Assembly (NCBI RefSeq): GCF_032191835.1
Contig: NC_083236.1
Span: forward strand, 43,586,001 to 43,650,000
Direction: 5' to 3'
DNA from: Heteronotia binoei
Taxonomy: Eukaryota
DNA: 64,000 nt
Shown here one piece after another: positions 9,435-22,390 of the stretch (positions within the stretch are counted from its first letter, which is position 1; each line of letters begins with the position of its first letter). The translations under genes and the position numbers were made by a program. A model generated the notes under the pieces. The model was not told where the DNA came from. It saw nothing but the letters and a program-made list of their open reading frames with translations, and did no database searches.

Positions 9435-10956
9435 CATGTCTCCCCAAAAATATTCTTTTAATGGGAATGCTCACTTTCTGAAAACAAAAGCTGTTGGGAT
9501 TTAATAGAGCTAGGGATATTTATTTATTTACCTTGCATTTATCCCACCTTAGAGGTGGCTGAAATGCTACCCCCCTTCTTGATTTTATCCTCACGATAAT
9601 ATTGGGTTGGATCCCATGGAAAATGTCTGCTAACCAAAAGAGGAGCATTTTTGCTGATTTGCTCTTCCACTGTCAAACCACCAATGTCCCCTTGTGCTGT
9701 TCTGGGGGTCCCCTTTTTCCCGGGGGTAGTGCTGCAGGGATCATGTTGGGCCACAGCAAGAAAGCATATAAGTCCTGCTGGCAGAAATTTACCAAGCCCC
9801 TGTGAGGTCGGCTAGGATAGGAGAGAGGTTACTAGTGGGTTTCACAGTGAGCAGAGATTTGAACCAGAGTCTCCCCAAACATAGTTTGGCACTCCAGATA
9901 CTATGCCACATTAGGGATGCCTCTAGTATTATCTTCATCCAATTTTCTCCCCCTGACTTTGGCACTGCAAATCTACTCAACTTGTTTTAAAGTGGAACCA
10001 ATACATTAGGAACCCTCCATTGCTTCACTTTTTTATTTTATTTGAACAGGTTGCTGAGGATGTTTGCTTTGCTGAAGCCTTCAGTTCCTTCGATGTATTT
10101 GCAAGGCAGAGCAAAATTCATGGAGCAAAAAGAAAAAGAAAAGAGCCTTTGTATAAATACAGACTAATAATATCTTCACAAGAAATTCTTCATTTGTTCG
10201 TTTATGCTTGCCAGAATAATAGGTGATGAAGAATTGGTAAAGGAACTAAAAGGGTGGTGCTTTAAGTCTGGCTGCTTTTCAGTGTGTGACCGTTGTCTTT
10301 TTCATGACCATCAGTCCTGTAGCCAAAAGGAAGGAGGGGGAAATGACTCCCCTTAGGGGGTGGCTCTTGAGAAACTAGGCTGAAGAAGCAAAGAAAAGAC
10401 ACAAAGAGCTGGTGTGATACACTGGTTACAATACTGGACTATTAATCTCAGAGACCAGGTTTAGATCTCAAGATATTATGGCTGAAGAAAGAGATAAATG
10501 AGTAGCAGGAAATATTTGGGTGGAGTACCCATGGCCACTACCCCTCAGATATTTGTGGAGAACACTCACTGTCCCTTGCTATCTCCTGAAAGCATCTCTG
10601 TTTTTCATAGAAATGAAACAGTGACACGTAAAACGATCCCATGTTTGATTAGGATTTTTGAGAAACTTTGTTGATATTGATCATATATACTTAAATTCTT
10701 GATTCCTGAGACTCGAATGTGTAGTGCAAAAGCACAGAAGAGCAAAACCTCAATATCAGTTGTGGATCAGGCAAGAAGACATGAGCCATGGAACTTTTTG
10801 TTATTATTGCCATGATCCATGGAACTTTTTGTTATTATTGCCATGATCCATATCTTTTTTTTAGTCCAGAATTGAAAATAGATTCATGAGGAATTGGATT
10901 TTGTTTATTTGCCACTCTCCTTCAAGCCCCACATAGTGGACAGGAACATTCACAAT

Positions 10957-11241
10957 GACTGATTCCCCACTAGCGTTGTTCCACTCCTAGGCTTCTGTTT
11001 TCCTCGGCGCAAGCGACAGATTTCCCACTAGTTGTTCCGCGGGTGCATTCTGAGCTGCGGCAACCTCCAATTCTGAGCACAACAACATAATCCTGAAAAT
11101 ACATCATCTAAAAATGATTCAGGGAACTGGATGTTGCTGTGGCTCAAAATGCGCCCACAGAGCAACTGATGGGAAATTGATCACTTGAGCCAGGGAAAAA
11201 CATAAGACTCGGGGAGGAGCAATGCTAGTGGAAAATCAGTC
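10957..11241. mobile_element. Long fold-back (palindromic) MITE
   Basis: GACTGATTCCCCACTAG...CTAGTGGAAAATCAGTC termini and ~115-bp imperfect complementary arms. Confidence 0.8.
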
Positions 11242-12599
11242 TTCCTTTCTGTGAAGCTAGAGGAAATTGATTCATCTAGCTGCGGCACTGAACTCAGAAT
11301 ATCCTTTCCCCAGGTACAGTCCTAGGAATTGAAGCATAAACCCCAGTTGGCAATGTGGCATCCTTGCTTTTTTCTTCTGAACAAGTCTGATATGGCAAAA
11401 GCCCTGGACATGGAAGGTAATTAAATGCAACTCTCTAAATTAGAGTTCCCAGATCCTTCCTGGCAACCAGTGGAGGATGGAGGGAAAGAGGACGCCCCAG
11501 GCCCTGTCACCAGCATCCACAGGAGGCGACATTATCACACTGCAACACCACTGTTGTCAAGCATGGTAGAATTCCATTGGTAATTAATTGTTTTAGGGTC
11601 CTCCATAAAGCTGGTCTGTGAAATATCAGGGGGACCAAGGTATGTTGGTTTTGTTATTCCTTCCTCTTCCCTTCCATGTTGAATATGTTATATTTTCCCA
11701 CCCTATGTACCCCTGCAAAAAAACAAACAGCCCCCTCTCTAGTAGTGTGGAACCTTATCTTAGAAAATTATTTCAAGGGAGCCTAAAATGCAGAGTGATC
11801 CGTCTTGATTCAAGGCCTGGTACTGGATGAAATTGATGGATCTATAACCAATAATATTTCACTCAGTCGGGCTCCTGGCTGCCAGAGCTGCAGTGATAAT
11901 CTCCTCCCTTTATATCAGCAGCAGGACTGCCTGCTATTTAATGAAGTATGGCTCAATCACAAGCCCATCAGAGGCAGGGAAAGGGTGGCTGGCTTGTCAG
12001 CATCTGCTGCTCTAACTGTGTGGAAATGGGGAAGAGAAATGCCATGGTAGAAATAAATAGAAAAATCACTCATCATTGTAGGGATGCCATTGGGTTATGT
12101 GGATGGAAAGCCCTTGGTTTGTTTGTTTTTCCTCACTTTTTCATTGTGCAGATTAAACGTATAGGTCTTAATTTTTGTGTTCTCTTTCTTCATCCTGATT
12201 GCCTCCATAATTTAAATGATAGTTTTGCAGCAGTTGCATGTAATGGCATCTATGTATCTAATTCTGAACACAGCTCTAGAGCGTGGGTCAAAACGCTCAC
12301 ATGTAATCTCAAGGCATGTCAGTGTGGTAGCATGATTTGTATGAGCAACAGTAGTTATCGTGAAGGCCCTGGAATGTTCTGTAAATGAAACTTCATTCAA
12401 TGTCTCGTTATGACATTGTCCCATGAGAACCAGTCTCTTAAAATCCCCTACTTCCATGACATGATCAAGAAGTGGAGGAGCTGAGGTGCATTCAAACTGA
12501 AGAGAAGAGCCCATGAATAACCAGGGGCTCTTAGGCCCAGTCTGCTTTCTTAAGTTTTGTTTTGTATTGTGTGTGTGTGGGTGTGCGCGCGCGCGCATG

Positions 12600-13075
12600 C
12601 ACCTGGAAGTCATGGCGACTTCTGGTGACTGATCCCTACTGGTGGCCTGGAGGATATTCAGAATGGTGGCTGAATAAAGCCTGCCCATGTCTTAGAAGTA
12701 TTTAAGATGGAGTGGAAAAAGTTGAGAAGATACGTAGAAAAAGAGTGGAAAATAAAAGGACATTGGACGATTTTTTGATAATGACTAAGAGGGAGGAGGA
12801 TATTAATTTTGGTTCTTATTAATTAAGGGTTCCTTTAATATTAAGATTTTAAGTATATAACACCAGTGAGGGTCAAGTAACGGGGGGAGGGGTGGGTAGA
12901 AAGTAATATATGGGATAGAAGGGGAAAAAAAGCCTGCCCATGTCCTCCCATTCAGATAGGTGGCTCTGCTGGTATTCCAAGGTGGTCTCCCATCCAAGAA
13001 CTTGCCAGAGTTGACCCTGTTTAATTTCTGAGATCTGATGAAATAGGGCTTGCATGGACAATTGAGGTCAGGGCT
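12600..13075 (-). mobile_element. 5S-derived SINE split by an L1 insertion
   Basis: 5S-like head at 12945-13075 and tail at 12600-12675. Confidence 0.7.
12692..12928 (+). mobile_element. L1-like LINE 3' fragment
   Basis: Translates VFKMEWKKLRRYVEKEWKIKGHWTIFDND* (L1 ORF2 C-terminus-like); flanked by 16-bp TSD AAAGCCTGCCCATGTC (12676-12691, 12929-12944). Confidence 0.75.
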
Positions 13076-13580
13076 GGTCTGCTTTCTTTTACAAATAATA
13101 TGTGATCTTGTAATCCAGTGAACCTCAATGTAGTGTATCTGAGCACTTTGGTCCCCATTAATTGCATTCTTGGGGCCGGTTTGCTTCTTCAACAAAGCAG
13201 ATAGGTTATTTCTGTCTTTCCCCTACCTCATTAAAGTAGGAAGTGCTTGAGAAGGATATCACCATTCAGAAACAGCTGCTTCCGTTACAGGAGAATGCTT
13301 GGGTTGTGATTTCCAACGTTTTGTGATTGCTTCAGCACTGCAGGGGAGGGAGCTATTTTGTGCTCATCTCCCCATGGCAGCCTGAAAAGCTCAAGAAGAT
13401 CGGAGACCCCTGATGTAAACAACAGCATGTTCATTGTTTCAGGCAACCAGGCAAACCGAGATCAGAATTCAGTGCACCTACACAGTAGCTGGAGGACAGT
13501 GACCATCACTGAATGTGGTTAAGACAACCAAACACTGCTACTTAGGCAAGGTTACATAAGCCCACTGAAGTCAATAGATT

Positions 13581-13800
13581 TAGGATCGCCAGCTTCCAGG
13601 TGGGACCTGGAGATCTCCCAGAATTACAGCTGATCTCCAAACTATAGAAATCAGTTTCTCTGGAGGAAATGGCATCTTTGGTGGGGGGACTCTAAGGCAT
13701 CACATCCCCCACTGGGCTTCTCCCCCACCCCAAACTCTGCCTTCCCCAGACCTTGCTTCCAAATTTCTAGGAATTTTGAAAGCCAGAGTTGGCAACCCTT
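13581..13800 (-). mobile_element. Short (~220 bp) hAT Blackjack-like MITE
   Basis: TAGGATCGCCA...TTGGCAACCCT termini. The most abundant family in the window (further copies near 16050, 16800, 17290, 25200, 33402, 35596, 37917, 40400, 43669, 47135, 47658, 51088, 62456). Confidence 0.8.
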
Positions 13801-14889
13801 CATTAGAAGAGTATAACTTTGCTTAGGATGGCACTCTCAGAATCTTAGCTTGCATTATCAGTGATTTAGAATAACCCTGAAGGTAAGAACTGTAGCTTTC
13901 ATCTAAGCACACCAACCGTGTCTCATCTGACTATCCATCCATAGACACATATTTTCAAAACTTTTTTTTTTAAATCAACGCAACAATTCAGGCATTCCAA
14001 ATTCAATCCTCAACCAAGATTAAAACGCTGGGGTCTTAACCTGAATGTGTTTTGATATTGTCTGAGATAATGAAATAGAAAAGCAGTCCTTGCCTAAATT
14101 CAACTGATTAATTAATGCATTCATTCATTAACTGTCTGGTACTTTGGACATCTGAGGGGGTTTGCTCTGCTCTTGTGTAGGGATATTCCCTGATGAACAG
14201 CACCCCCCCTGCTTAGGACAGGCTCGACAATTAGAAGGAATCCCAGACAAAAGTTGTAATTTTCTAAGCAGCAATAAAACTGTGAGATTAACAAGGGTTC
14301 TGAATAATTACTATTTCCCAAAAGACCCTTGATTTAAAAAAAGAAATGTCTAGCACACTCAAAAGAATACCTTATAGCAGCGACTTCATTACCTCTTATC
14401 TTGAGAGACCAATATTAGGTCTGTATTAAATTCACATACGTTAACTGCATTAAGGGCATTAAGGAAGAAAAACACATACCAATTCCAATTTCCCTTTCAC
14501 AAGTCATTTTATACGTACTTTTATGATCAAACAATGCTCTCTGAAACAAATATTTAAAATTTATCTTAAAAACAGAGCCAGCCTGATAAGAATGATTTGT
14601 AAATCTTTAATGAATTCACCTCAATTAGCCTTTAATTAAGTAGCTCATTAAAATCTTATTTGAATACTGCTCTGAAAGGAGTGGGGAGGGGGACTTGCCT
14701 CACAGTTAGAATGGGAAGAAGTTAAAATGAAACAGGGTTTATGAACGGCCAGGACGTCTGGTGGAAACATGGTTCCTTGGTCATTTGGGAGTCTGTTTTT
14801 CAAGCTTTTGGCCTTTGTTAAATGTTTCTATATTGATTAATTTGCTGCCATCAGTGCATCCCTGCATATTCCAATGGGTTCTGGAGGCA

Positions 14890-14980
14890 ACAGGTAACAA
14901 AAGGTGAGTCCAGCAGCACCTTAAAGACTAAAAAAAAAGTGGATATAAACTTTTGCGAATCAAAACTCACTTCACCAGGT
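14890..14980 (-). mobile_element. Penelope-like element terminal fragment
   Basis: GAGTCCAGCAGCACCTTAAAGACTAA...AAACTTTTGCGAATCAAAACTCACTTCA, a reverse-complement relative of 30670-30805. Confidence 0.55.
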
Positions 14981-15472
14981 ACGGTAGGACAGTGCATGTC
15001 ATTTTGATATACAATGTGTATTGGTGCACCAATAACAATGAAAAATTAATATAATTTATAGGGGGAATTTAGTGTGATGAAATGCAGATTGGTATGAAAA
15101 CAAAGAATTCTGGGTTGATCCCATGAGGAAGAAGCAGCAAAAGAAAGTGGGGAATTGAATGCTGAAACCACAATGAGAAATTTGATCATCAGCAGACATG
15201 AAAAATTTGATCGTCATCATCATCTCTACCTGTCCAGAGATGTCCAGGGTCTCACTCTGGCCTCCTAACCAGGGAACTCGCCTGCAGGCTAAGTACATCA
15301 ACAGCTTCCTCTAGCTCAGAAGAGCCAGGTGGGAATGAGCTGTCCTTGTGAGGCAAAGGCCAGCTGGAGGTTAGGCCAGGTATAGAGGATAATATAGGGA
15401 AGTGTTCGACTGGATGGGGGGAAACAGTAAGGAGAGGAGCTTGGAGAGGTGGCTGAAAGGAGAGCCTGTGAA

Positions 15473-15618
15473 CAGACAAGGCAATTGCCTAGGGCTTTGG
15501 CCTTTTGGGGGCACCAACTTGGGCACCCCCTCATGTTACTCAGTGATGTTATGACTGGGGGGGGGTGCACCAGAAGTTAGTCTTGTCTAGGGTGCCGGAC
15601 AGCCAAGGGCCAGCCCTG
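15473..15618. mobile_element. hAT MITE (same family as 7285-7452)
   Basis: Perfect 8-bp TSD CCTGTGAA; right TIR GGGCCAGCCCTG. Confidence 0.8.
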
Positions 15619-16679
15619 CCTGTGAAGCTGGCTAGGGGAAAGAAGGAAGATGCTCAGCTGATGGGAGGACGAAGGCCCAAAAAACTGATCATGGGAGACC
15701 CCTGCCTTTCTGAGGCTGGTGGGAATGCAAATAAGATGGAGCCAGAAAAGGAGCCTACAGAGCCCTGGGAGGGTAGTCACACTACCAAAGGTACCATAAA
15801 AGCAATATTATGCAGTGATTGGTTTGCTAGCATGGCTTTAGGACTTAAAATCCAACATTATTTCAGAAGTAATAGACTGGTAGGGTTACCAAACTTCAGG
15901 TGGGCCCTGGAGTTAGGGTTGCCAGCCCCCTGGTCCAGGTGGGGGTTCTCCCACTTTTGCAGGCTCCTCCCCACCTGAAAATGCCCAGAAATGTGGTGCA
16001 ATTATGTTAGCTGTAAGTGATGTCATTGTGCAGGCAATGTCGCACAGCAATACTCTAGGGTTTGTTTGTTTGCAAAATGCTATAGTAAATTTGGGCTCAA
16101 ACCTGAAGACCCCTCTGCCTAAAGATCCCCCTGCTGGGGAGAAGGTAGTACCTGGTAATCCTACCTGGTGTTCTCCAGGAATTCAGACTGATCTCCAGAG
16201 ATCTGTTTCCCCTGAAGGATATGGCAGCTTTGGAAAATGGACTACATTACATCCCTGCTGAGCTGTCCCCTCTCCAAATTTCACTTTCCCTGAGCTCTGC
16301 CTCCAAATCTCCAGAAATTTCCTAACCCAAGGTTAGTAACCATAGCTCCCTGACATGGTGTGCATGGGACTAAAGCAAGCCTTACTTTCAAGGAATATTG
16401 AACTACACATTGATATTTATAGGAAAAGCAGAGAAAGACATGTTTATTTTGGAAGGGTTAGGACGAGGAACTGGTTTTGTTTTCAGATTGATTCCTTTCT
16501 GGAAATGGAATTTAGGCTTTTCAGATGGCAATGTATGATCTTTACACACCAACTGAAAGGGAAAGACCATTTTGTGACTGTTTTGTGGGTGTTTATCATC
16601 ATAAGATGACAACAAAAGATTGTAATGTGAAACATATTCAGGCTGAACAGAGTCAGGTGGATTAAATCAGTAACCCCAC

Positions 16680-16778
16680 TGATGGCACCTGGGTTTTTTT
16701 TTTTGCTACTGTGTGACACAAAGTGTTGGACTGGATGGTGCATTGGCCTGATCCAGCATGGCTTCTCTTGTGTTCCTA
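16680..16778 (+). mobile_element. CR1 3' end
   Basis: CTGTGTGACACAAAGTGTTGGACTGGATGG...GGCCTGATCCAGCATGGCTTCTCTT, matching 43492-43560. Confidence 0.75.
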
Positions 16779-17735
16779 AATCTAGAGCTGCCATTTTGGT
16801 TGGTTCTGCTCTGAAATTTGCTACCTCTGGTTAGGTAATCCCTAGAGCTTTAGGAATGGACCCTGGGAAGGGAAGGGTTTGGGGTGTAGAGGAACCTTAG
16901 GGGGTTATAATGCCAGAGTCCACCTCAAAGCAGCCCTTTTCTTCACAGGAACTACCTCTCTCTGGAGATCAATTGTAATTCCAGTAGATCTCCAGTAAGA
17001 TTTACCATTGACTTACTATGGCATACCATAGAGTTGGGGGTGACCATAGAATTCAACTATAAAGTTTTGAGCAAATGCATTGCATGACATGATTTCATTT
17101 CTATGTTGTTCTGTGATATCATGCAGTTGTTCTGATGCTGATTGCCTCCCCTTTTCCTTTAGCATTTTTTCCAAGGTGAGTGGAAGTGGCCGGAGCTGGA
17201 AGAGGGCAGAACGTCTCCTGCCAAAACAAGAAACCTGGCCTCCCTAGGCTTACTGTAAGCAGGCTGCTCTTGGGATCACACTGTTAAATAGGGTTACCAG
17301 GTCTGTGTTGGAAAATACTGGTAGACTTTGGGGGTGGAGCAAGGAGAGAGTGGGATTTGGGGAGGAGAGGGGCCTCAGCATGGTATAATGCCATAGAGTC
17401 CACTCTCGAAAGCAGCCATCTTCTCCAGGGAAGTTTATCTCTGCCAGCTGGAGATCAGCTGTAAAAGCAGGAGATCTCCAGGGCTCACCAGTAGGTATTT
17501 ATGTTTTGATTTAAAGTAAATGCTGGGTGAATGCAATGATGAAGCCTGAAAGGATATTTTCTAGTGGAAATTGCCAAAGACCTATTAAAAAAATATCCTT
17601 AAGGGTGATGGGTTGGTTCAAGGCAGACCCCTGAAGTGCTGAGGTGAGAATCTTTACAACCCAGGGTTATGCTACCACCTGTCCTCTTAACTAACCCCCA
17701 GCTAGAGACCAAGTCTTTAGCTCTCCAGGCTCCAA

Positions 17736-18035
17736 GAGCCAGTGTGGTATAGTGGTTAACAGGAGCCGCCCTGAGCCTGCTTCGGCAGGGAGGGTGGGAT
17801 ATAAATCAAATCAAATAAATAAAATAAAATAAATTATCTGAAGAACAGGGTTTGATTCCCCACATCTCCTCCACACAAAGCCTGCTGGATGACCTTGGGC
17901 CAGTCAGAGCTCTCTCTCTCAGAACTTTCTCAGCCCCTCATACCTCACAGGATGTCTGTTGTGGGAAGAGGAAGGAAAGGAGTTTGTAAGCCACTTTGAG
18001 CTCCTTAAAGTAGTATAAAAACCAACTCTTCTAAA
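17736..18035 (+). mobile_element. Squam3 SINE with nested L2 3' tail (17761-17834)
   Basis: GAGCCAGTGTGGTATAGTGGTTAA head interrupted by GAGCCGCCCTGAGCC...GGGATATAAAT(AAAT)n, resuming at TATCTGAAGAACAGGGTTTGATTCCCCAC. Confidence 0.8.
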
Positions 18036-19199
18036 ATCAAGAAAATTGAGAGTTTAGGCCAGACTTTCTTCTTCTTTGGCCTTGAAACAAATAGGCCTAA
18101 TGATCTGACCAGCACCCGTATCTGCCTCTTGTCTCACTCTTTGATGCTACAATCAGTTTGACCTTGGGTTCTCAGGGAGAGTAGCTTCCATCATTTTTAC
18201 AAGGCCTCAGCCTTAACCAATGTTTCTCAACAGACAAAAGACTGCTAGGTGAGCTAGTCTCTTGACTGAAGTCATGCCCGTTGCATAAAAGCATTTGATC
18301 TCGTGTAGTCCACTGTTCTCTTCTGCTTCTTCACATCAACCTGTCTGCACAATGCATGTGTTACATCATGTCTACATCTGTGCAGGCAATAAAGATGCAT
18401 GCAAGCACAGGAATATGTCAGAGTAACAAACCCCAGTTTTCAGAAGTGAGGAAAAAGTCTGCCCTTTGTACACTGGTTTGTGCTAATGCTTCATTTAAAA
18501 TCGCCCTAGCCTAAAATCGATTTGCAAAGGATCAGCATCCTTTTTCAAATAGGCTAATACGTATCATTCAGTCATTGCAATGTGACCTTAAACTCTGTTT
18601 AAGGCCCTACCGCACAGCCTGATTTATGCAAAGAAGCCTTTAAGTATAAATGAGGAAACACACACTTATATGCACACACAACCCCAGCTGGAGTCTATCT
18701 TGGGCTATGCCAGCTATTACCAGTGTGCAGGCGTAGCTCTTTCACTGAGGTGTAAATACTGCAATCATTTTTGGTGCTAATCTGATTTATGCAGCTCTGC
18801 TCCATAAATCTAAAACTTATTTGGCACCTCATCAATGGCCGTTGCCATTTGAAGTTTATTCAGGGGGCTGAAGCTGTGTTGTTTATTAATGAGGTTCCTC
18901 ACATCTGGGAGAGTTCAAAATGTCTGTCACCCAGAGGTATTACAGAAACGACCTTGGCAATGTGTGTCTGTGTGCATATAAAGTGCTGTCAAGTCATAGC
19001 CAACTCATGGTGACCCCAGGGAGGGGCTTTCAAGGCAAGTGAGAAGCAGAGGTGGTTTGCTATTGCCTTCCTCTGCAGAGTCTTCCTTGGTGGTTTTCCT
19101 TCCAAGTGCAGACCCTGTTTAGCTATACCATGCAGCCTTCCCTTCCAACCTTGGCAAGAGCTGACACCAAAGAACTTCCAGAGCCAAACAGATGACATT

Positions 19200-19382
19200 C
19201 AGGGCCAGCCCTAGACTGCCTGGGACCCTAGGCAAGGCTAAGTTCTAGTGCCCCCTCCCCCGCACTGATAATGTCACTGAGTCGCATGAGGGGTGCCTAA
19301 TTCACCCCCCACACACACACACACACACAAGGCTGCCATCCTAGGCAATTGCTGAGTTTGTCTAGTGGCAGGGTCAGCCTTG
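19200..19382. mobile_element. hAT MITE (same family as 7285-7452, opposite orientation)
   Basis: CAGGGCCAGCCCT...AGGGTCAGCCTTG termini; TSD ATGACATT/ATTACATG (6/8). Confidence 0.75.
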
Positions 19383-20653
19383 ATTACATGATAGCCATAT
19401 TCATCATCAATCTGAAACCTCTGTGTGTGTGTGTAGCTTCCCATTAATTGTCCTTGTGGTATTTTATTTTCTCCTATCTAGGGAAATTCCAGTTCACTTT
19501 CAGACTCTTAGGCCCACAGGAGAAGCAGTCAGCAGAGGGAAATATAAGTCAAAATGTAGCAACAGTGAGGCAGGAGAAGATATAGTAGGCCATAGGTAGA
19601 AAAAGAATACCCACTGGAGCTGCCAGGTAGGTAGACTAGGTGTGGAGACAATGGGGGGGGGGGGGTTCGCATACTGTTGGCTGCATTTCTATGCCACTTT
19701 CAGGGAAAACCAAGAACTGGTCTAAGGTAGCTGTAGGAATAACAGGAAACTCTATGATTTTACAATAGAGTTTCCTGCACTTCCTAGAGCTAGCCTATGG
19801 TATTTCCAGGTTTATCCAAGAAGTGATGTAGTGATGCTGCCTGTATCTCCTTTCTTAAATAAGAGCCTGGCAGCCTTCATACTCACTAAGGGGGGCAGAG
19901 GGGGAGAACAATTTCTCACTCACTAGGCAATCTTCATCTGAAAAGCTTCCACTTCAATACAACTTGGGTCTTTATGTGACCAGATAATTATGTAAATATT
20001 TCAGTTTAGGAAGATGGGTATGATTTTTTTAAAAGTCATTTCTTTATTTCTGTTATTTATAGTCTGTCTTTCTCAATAACACTCAAGGTGGATTATATAA
20101 TGTAAATCGGCAGAATCCGTAGGGCAAGGAGACATTTAATAAGGGAACAGGACTAGGATTGCAGACATCTAAAACAAGGCAGGCCTACTAAAGATGGTGT
20201 TATATCATGGCATGTTATGAATCTGGTGATGTTCCCTTATTGAACTGTCTATTTCTTTCCCCCAATCCTTGCGGGCCAAAAAGCCTGTGCTGTAGTTTGG
20301 TTCCCCTTCCTGTTCTGATTGTTGGCTGATAGATACTGTTCAGGCAAAGGCAGGAAAGGTCCTGCTGTTGTTCCAATAAAACTTTCAATCCTTTTGGCAT
20401 GGTGTGTTTGTGGAAATACTACAGATGGCATGTTAAACAATGCAAGAAATGGTATTTTTCAAGTGGAAATATACTGTAGTGAGAGCAAGATAAACACACA
20501 GCACAAATAATGCACTGACACACATGACCTTTGTCTACATTCGGACAGAGATCATCGGCTAAAGCCACCAATACTGTCTCTGTCCCATAGCCTACACTGA
20601 AGTGAGAGTGAAAAAAGGTCCACATCCTATCAGTTACCCTGGAATTAATCCAG

Positions 20654-21186
20654 TAGGGTTGCCAGGTCTTACCTGGCTGCTAGTGGAGGACTGCAGGCCT
20701 CTTCCTTGGATTGTTTTCCATGCATACTTTGTGTGTGCGGCACAATGACATCATCTGGAAGTGACATCATCACGCCAGACATGTCACATGGGTGCTCTAT
20801 CATTTTGGGGTAAACTTTATGGCTATCATAGAGTTCCCCTCCCCTAAATGCTAGAGCACCCCCATGCGACGAGTCCAATGCGATGATGTCATCGCCAGAT
20901 GATATCATCACACCGGACACATCGGGCATGCCAGCACTCTTTGGGGGCGTGGTTCCCCCTCCAGCCAATTCCATGGTGGCAGGTTGGAGGCCCTGAAACC
21001 CCACCCCCAGCAGAAGGGTGTCCAGATAATGTCTGTAGTATTTCCCCTGGAGGAAATGGCAACTTTAGAGAATGGACTATATGGTGTTACATCCCCATTG
21101 AGCTCCTTCCCTTCCCCAGACTTTTTCCTCCCGAAGCACCACCCCCAGATCTCTACAAAGTTCCCAAGCTGGAGCTGGCAACTCTG
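20654..21186. mobile_element. Composite hAT Blackjack-like element (mid-size variant joined to short variant)
   Basis: TAGGGTTGCCA start, internal GGAAGTGACATCA motifs, GCTGGCAACTCT end. Confidence 0.7.
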
Positions 21187-22021
21187 CAAGAGGGCATGAT
21201 TTTTGCCATCTCCTTCCTGCCATTCCTGTGGGACCTCTTTTCCTCAGAAGCAGCATTTCAGGGGGCCCTTTAAGTTTTAGGAGGAAGAGTGAAGAGAAAA
21301 CAACATGTTTGACTCATGAAAATCTCTTCTATCAGCAGATATATCCCATGGATCTCAGCCACAGAAATACCATTCAAGGCATCATGCATCCCAATGCTAC
21401 TTATTAGAGCTCCATTTAGTTTGCAATTCTAGTAAAATTACACTATTTGAAAGCAGAGAATTTATTCACTGGAATGCTTAGCAAATTTATGACACATTCA
21501 CAATCTGGCATAATGTGTCGCCATTGTGTTGATGGTTTACTACTAAAATGACAAATCCTACCATGCTGTGGATGCAGTTTTACTTGCAAGATTGATGCTA
21601 GGTCTGCAGTGAGATCTAACTAGCAGAATATCTTGACCAACTTTAGACCTTTTCAGACATTACAGTCATTTGCACCAGCAGCCCACCAACTGCACAGAGT
21701 AGGAGTACTTGCAGCCTGTAATCCTTCCCATATACATGGTCACTATGTGATATGAACAAAGCCAACAAATGTAATTCAAGGGATTAAATGTGTGTAGAGT
21801 AGCCAATTTTCAGAGGGTTGGTACTGAAAGTGAGAATGAATGGAATGTAAAGGCTCCTAACCACAATATACAACCATCACGAACCCCTCGCAAAAGACAT
21901 GTTTCCACAACCTTAGATCATGAGGTGAACATATCACACAAGCAGGAAGTGCACTGGTTATTAAAGAAATTGGGGCTATGGCATGTTCTTTTTAGATGTC
22001 GCAGTCCCACTTCCTGTGAGG

Positions 22022-22390
22022 TAGGGTTGCCAAGTCCATCCTCCGCTGCTGTGGGGGACTTGTTCTTTTTACATGCGCAGTACAATGACATCACCCAGAA
22101 GTGACTCATCACTCTGGGGATATCACGCAGGGGTGCTCTAGGACTTGCTATAAAACTCTATGGTACACACCAGAAACACTCCAGGATTTGCGGTAAATTA
22201 GTGTGTGTCCTAGAGCATCCCTGGCATGACATCGCCAGTGCTATGACATCACTTCTGGGTGATGGCATCATGCCGGGGATGGTGTGCACTGATGGGGCTC
22301 TTTGGGGGTGGAGATCCCCCCAGCGGCCTGTGGGTTGAGACTCTCCAGGGCAGAGAATCCCCCACCCCCAGCGGGAGCTTGGCAGCCTTA
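22022..22390. mobile_element. hAT Blackjack-like MITE, mid-size variant
   Basis: TAGGGTTGCCA...TGGCAGCCTTA termini; TSD CTGTGAGG/CTGGGAGG. Confidence 0.85.

Noticed and set aside
10050-10226. Exon candidate VAEDVCFAEAF... after TTTGAACAG
   Set aside because: No recognisable homology, weak donor (GTGATG), and it stops in the frame required by exon 1.
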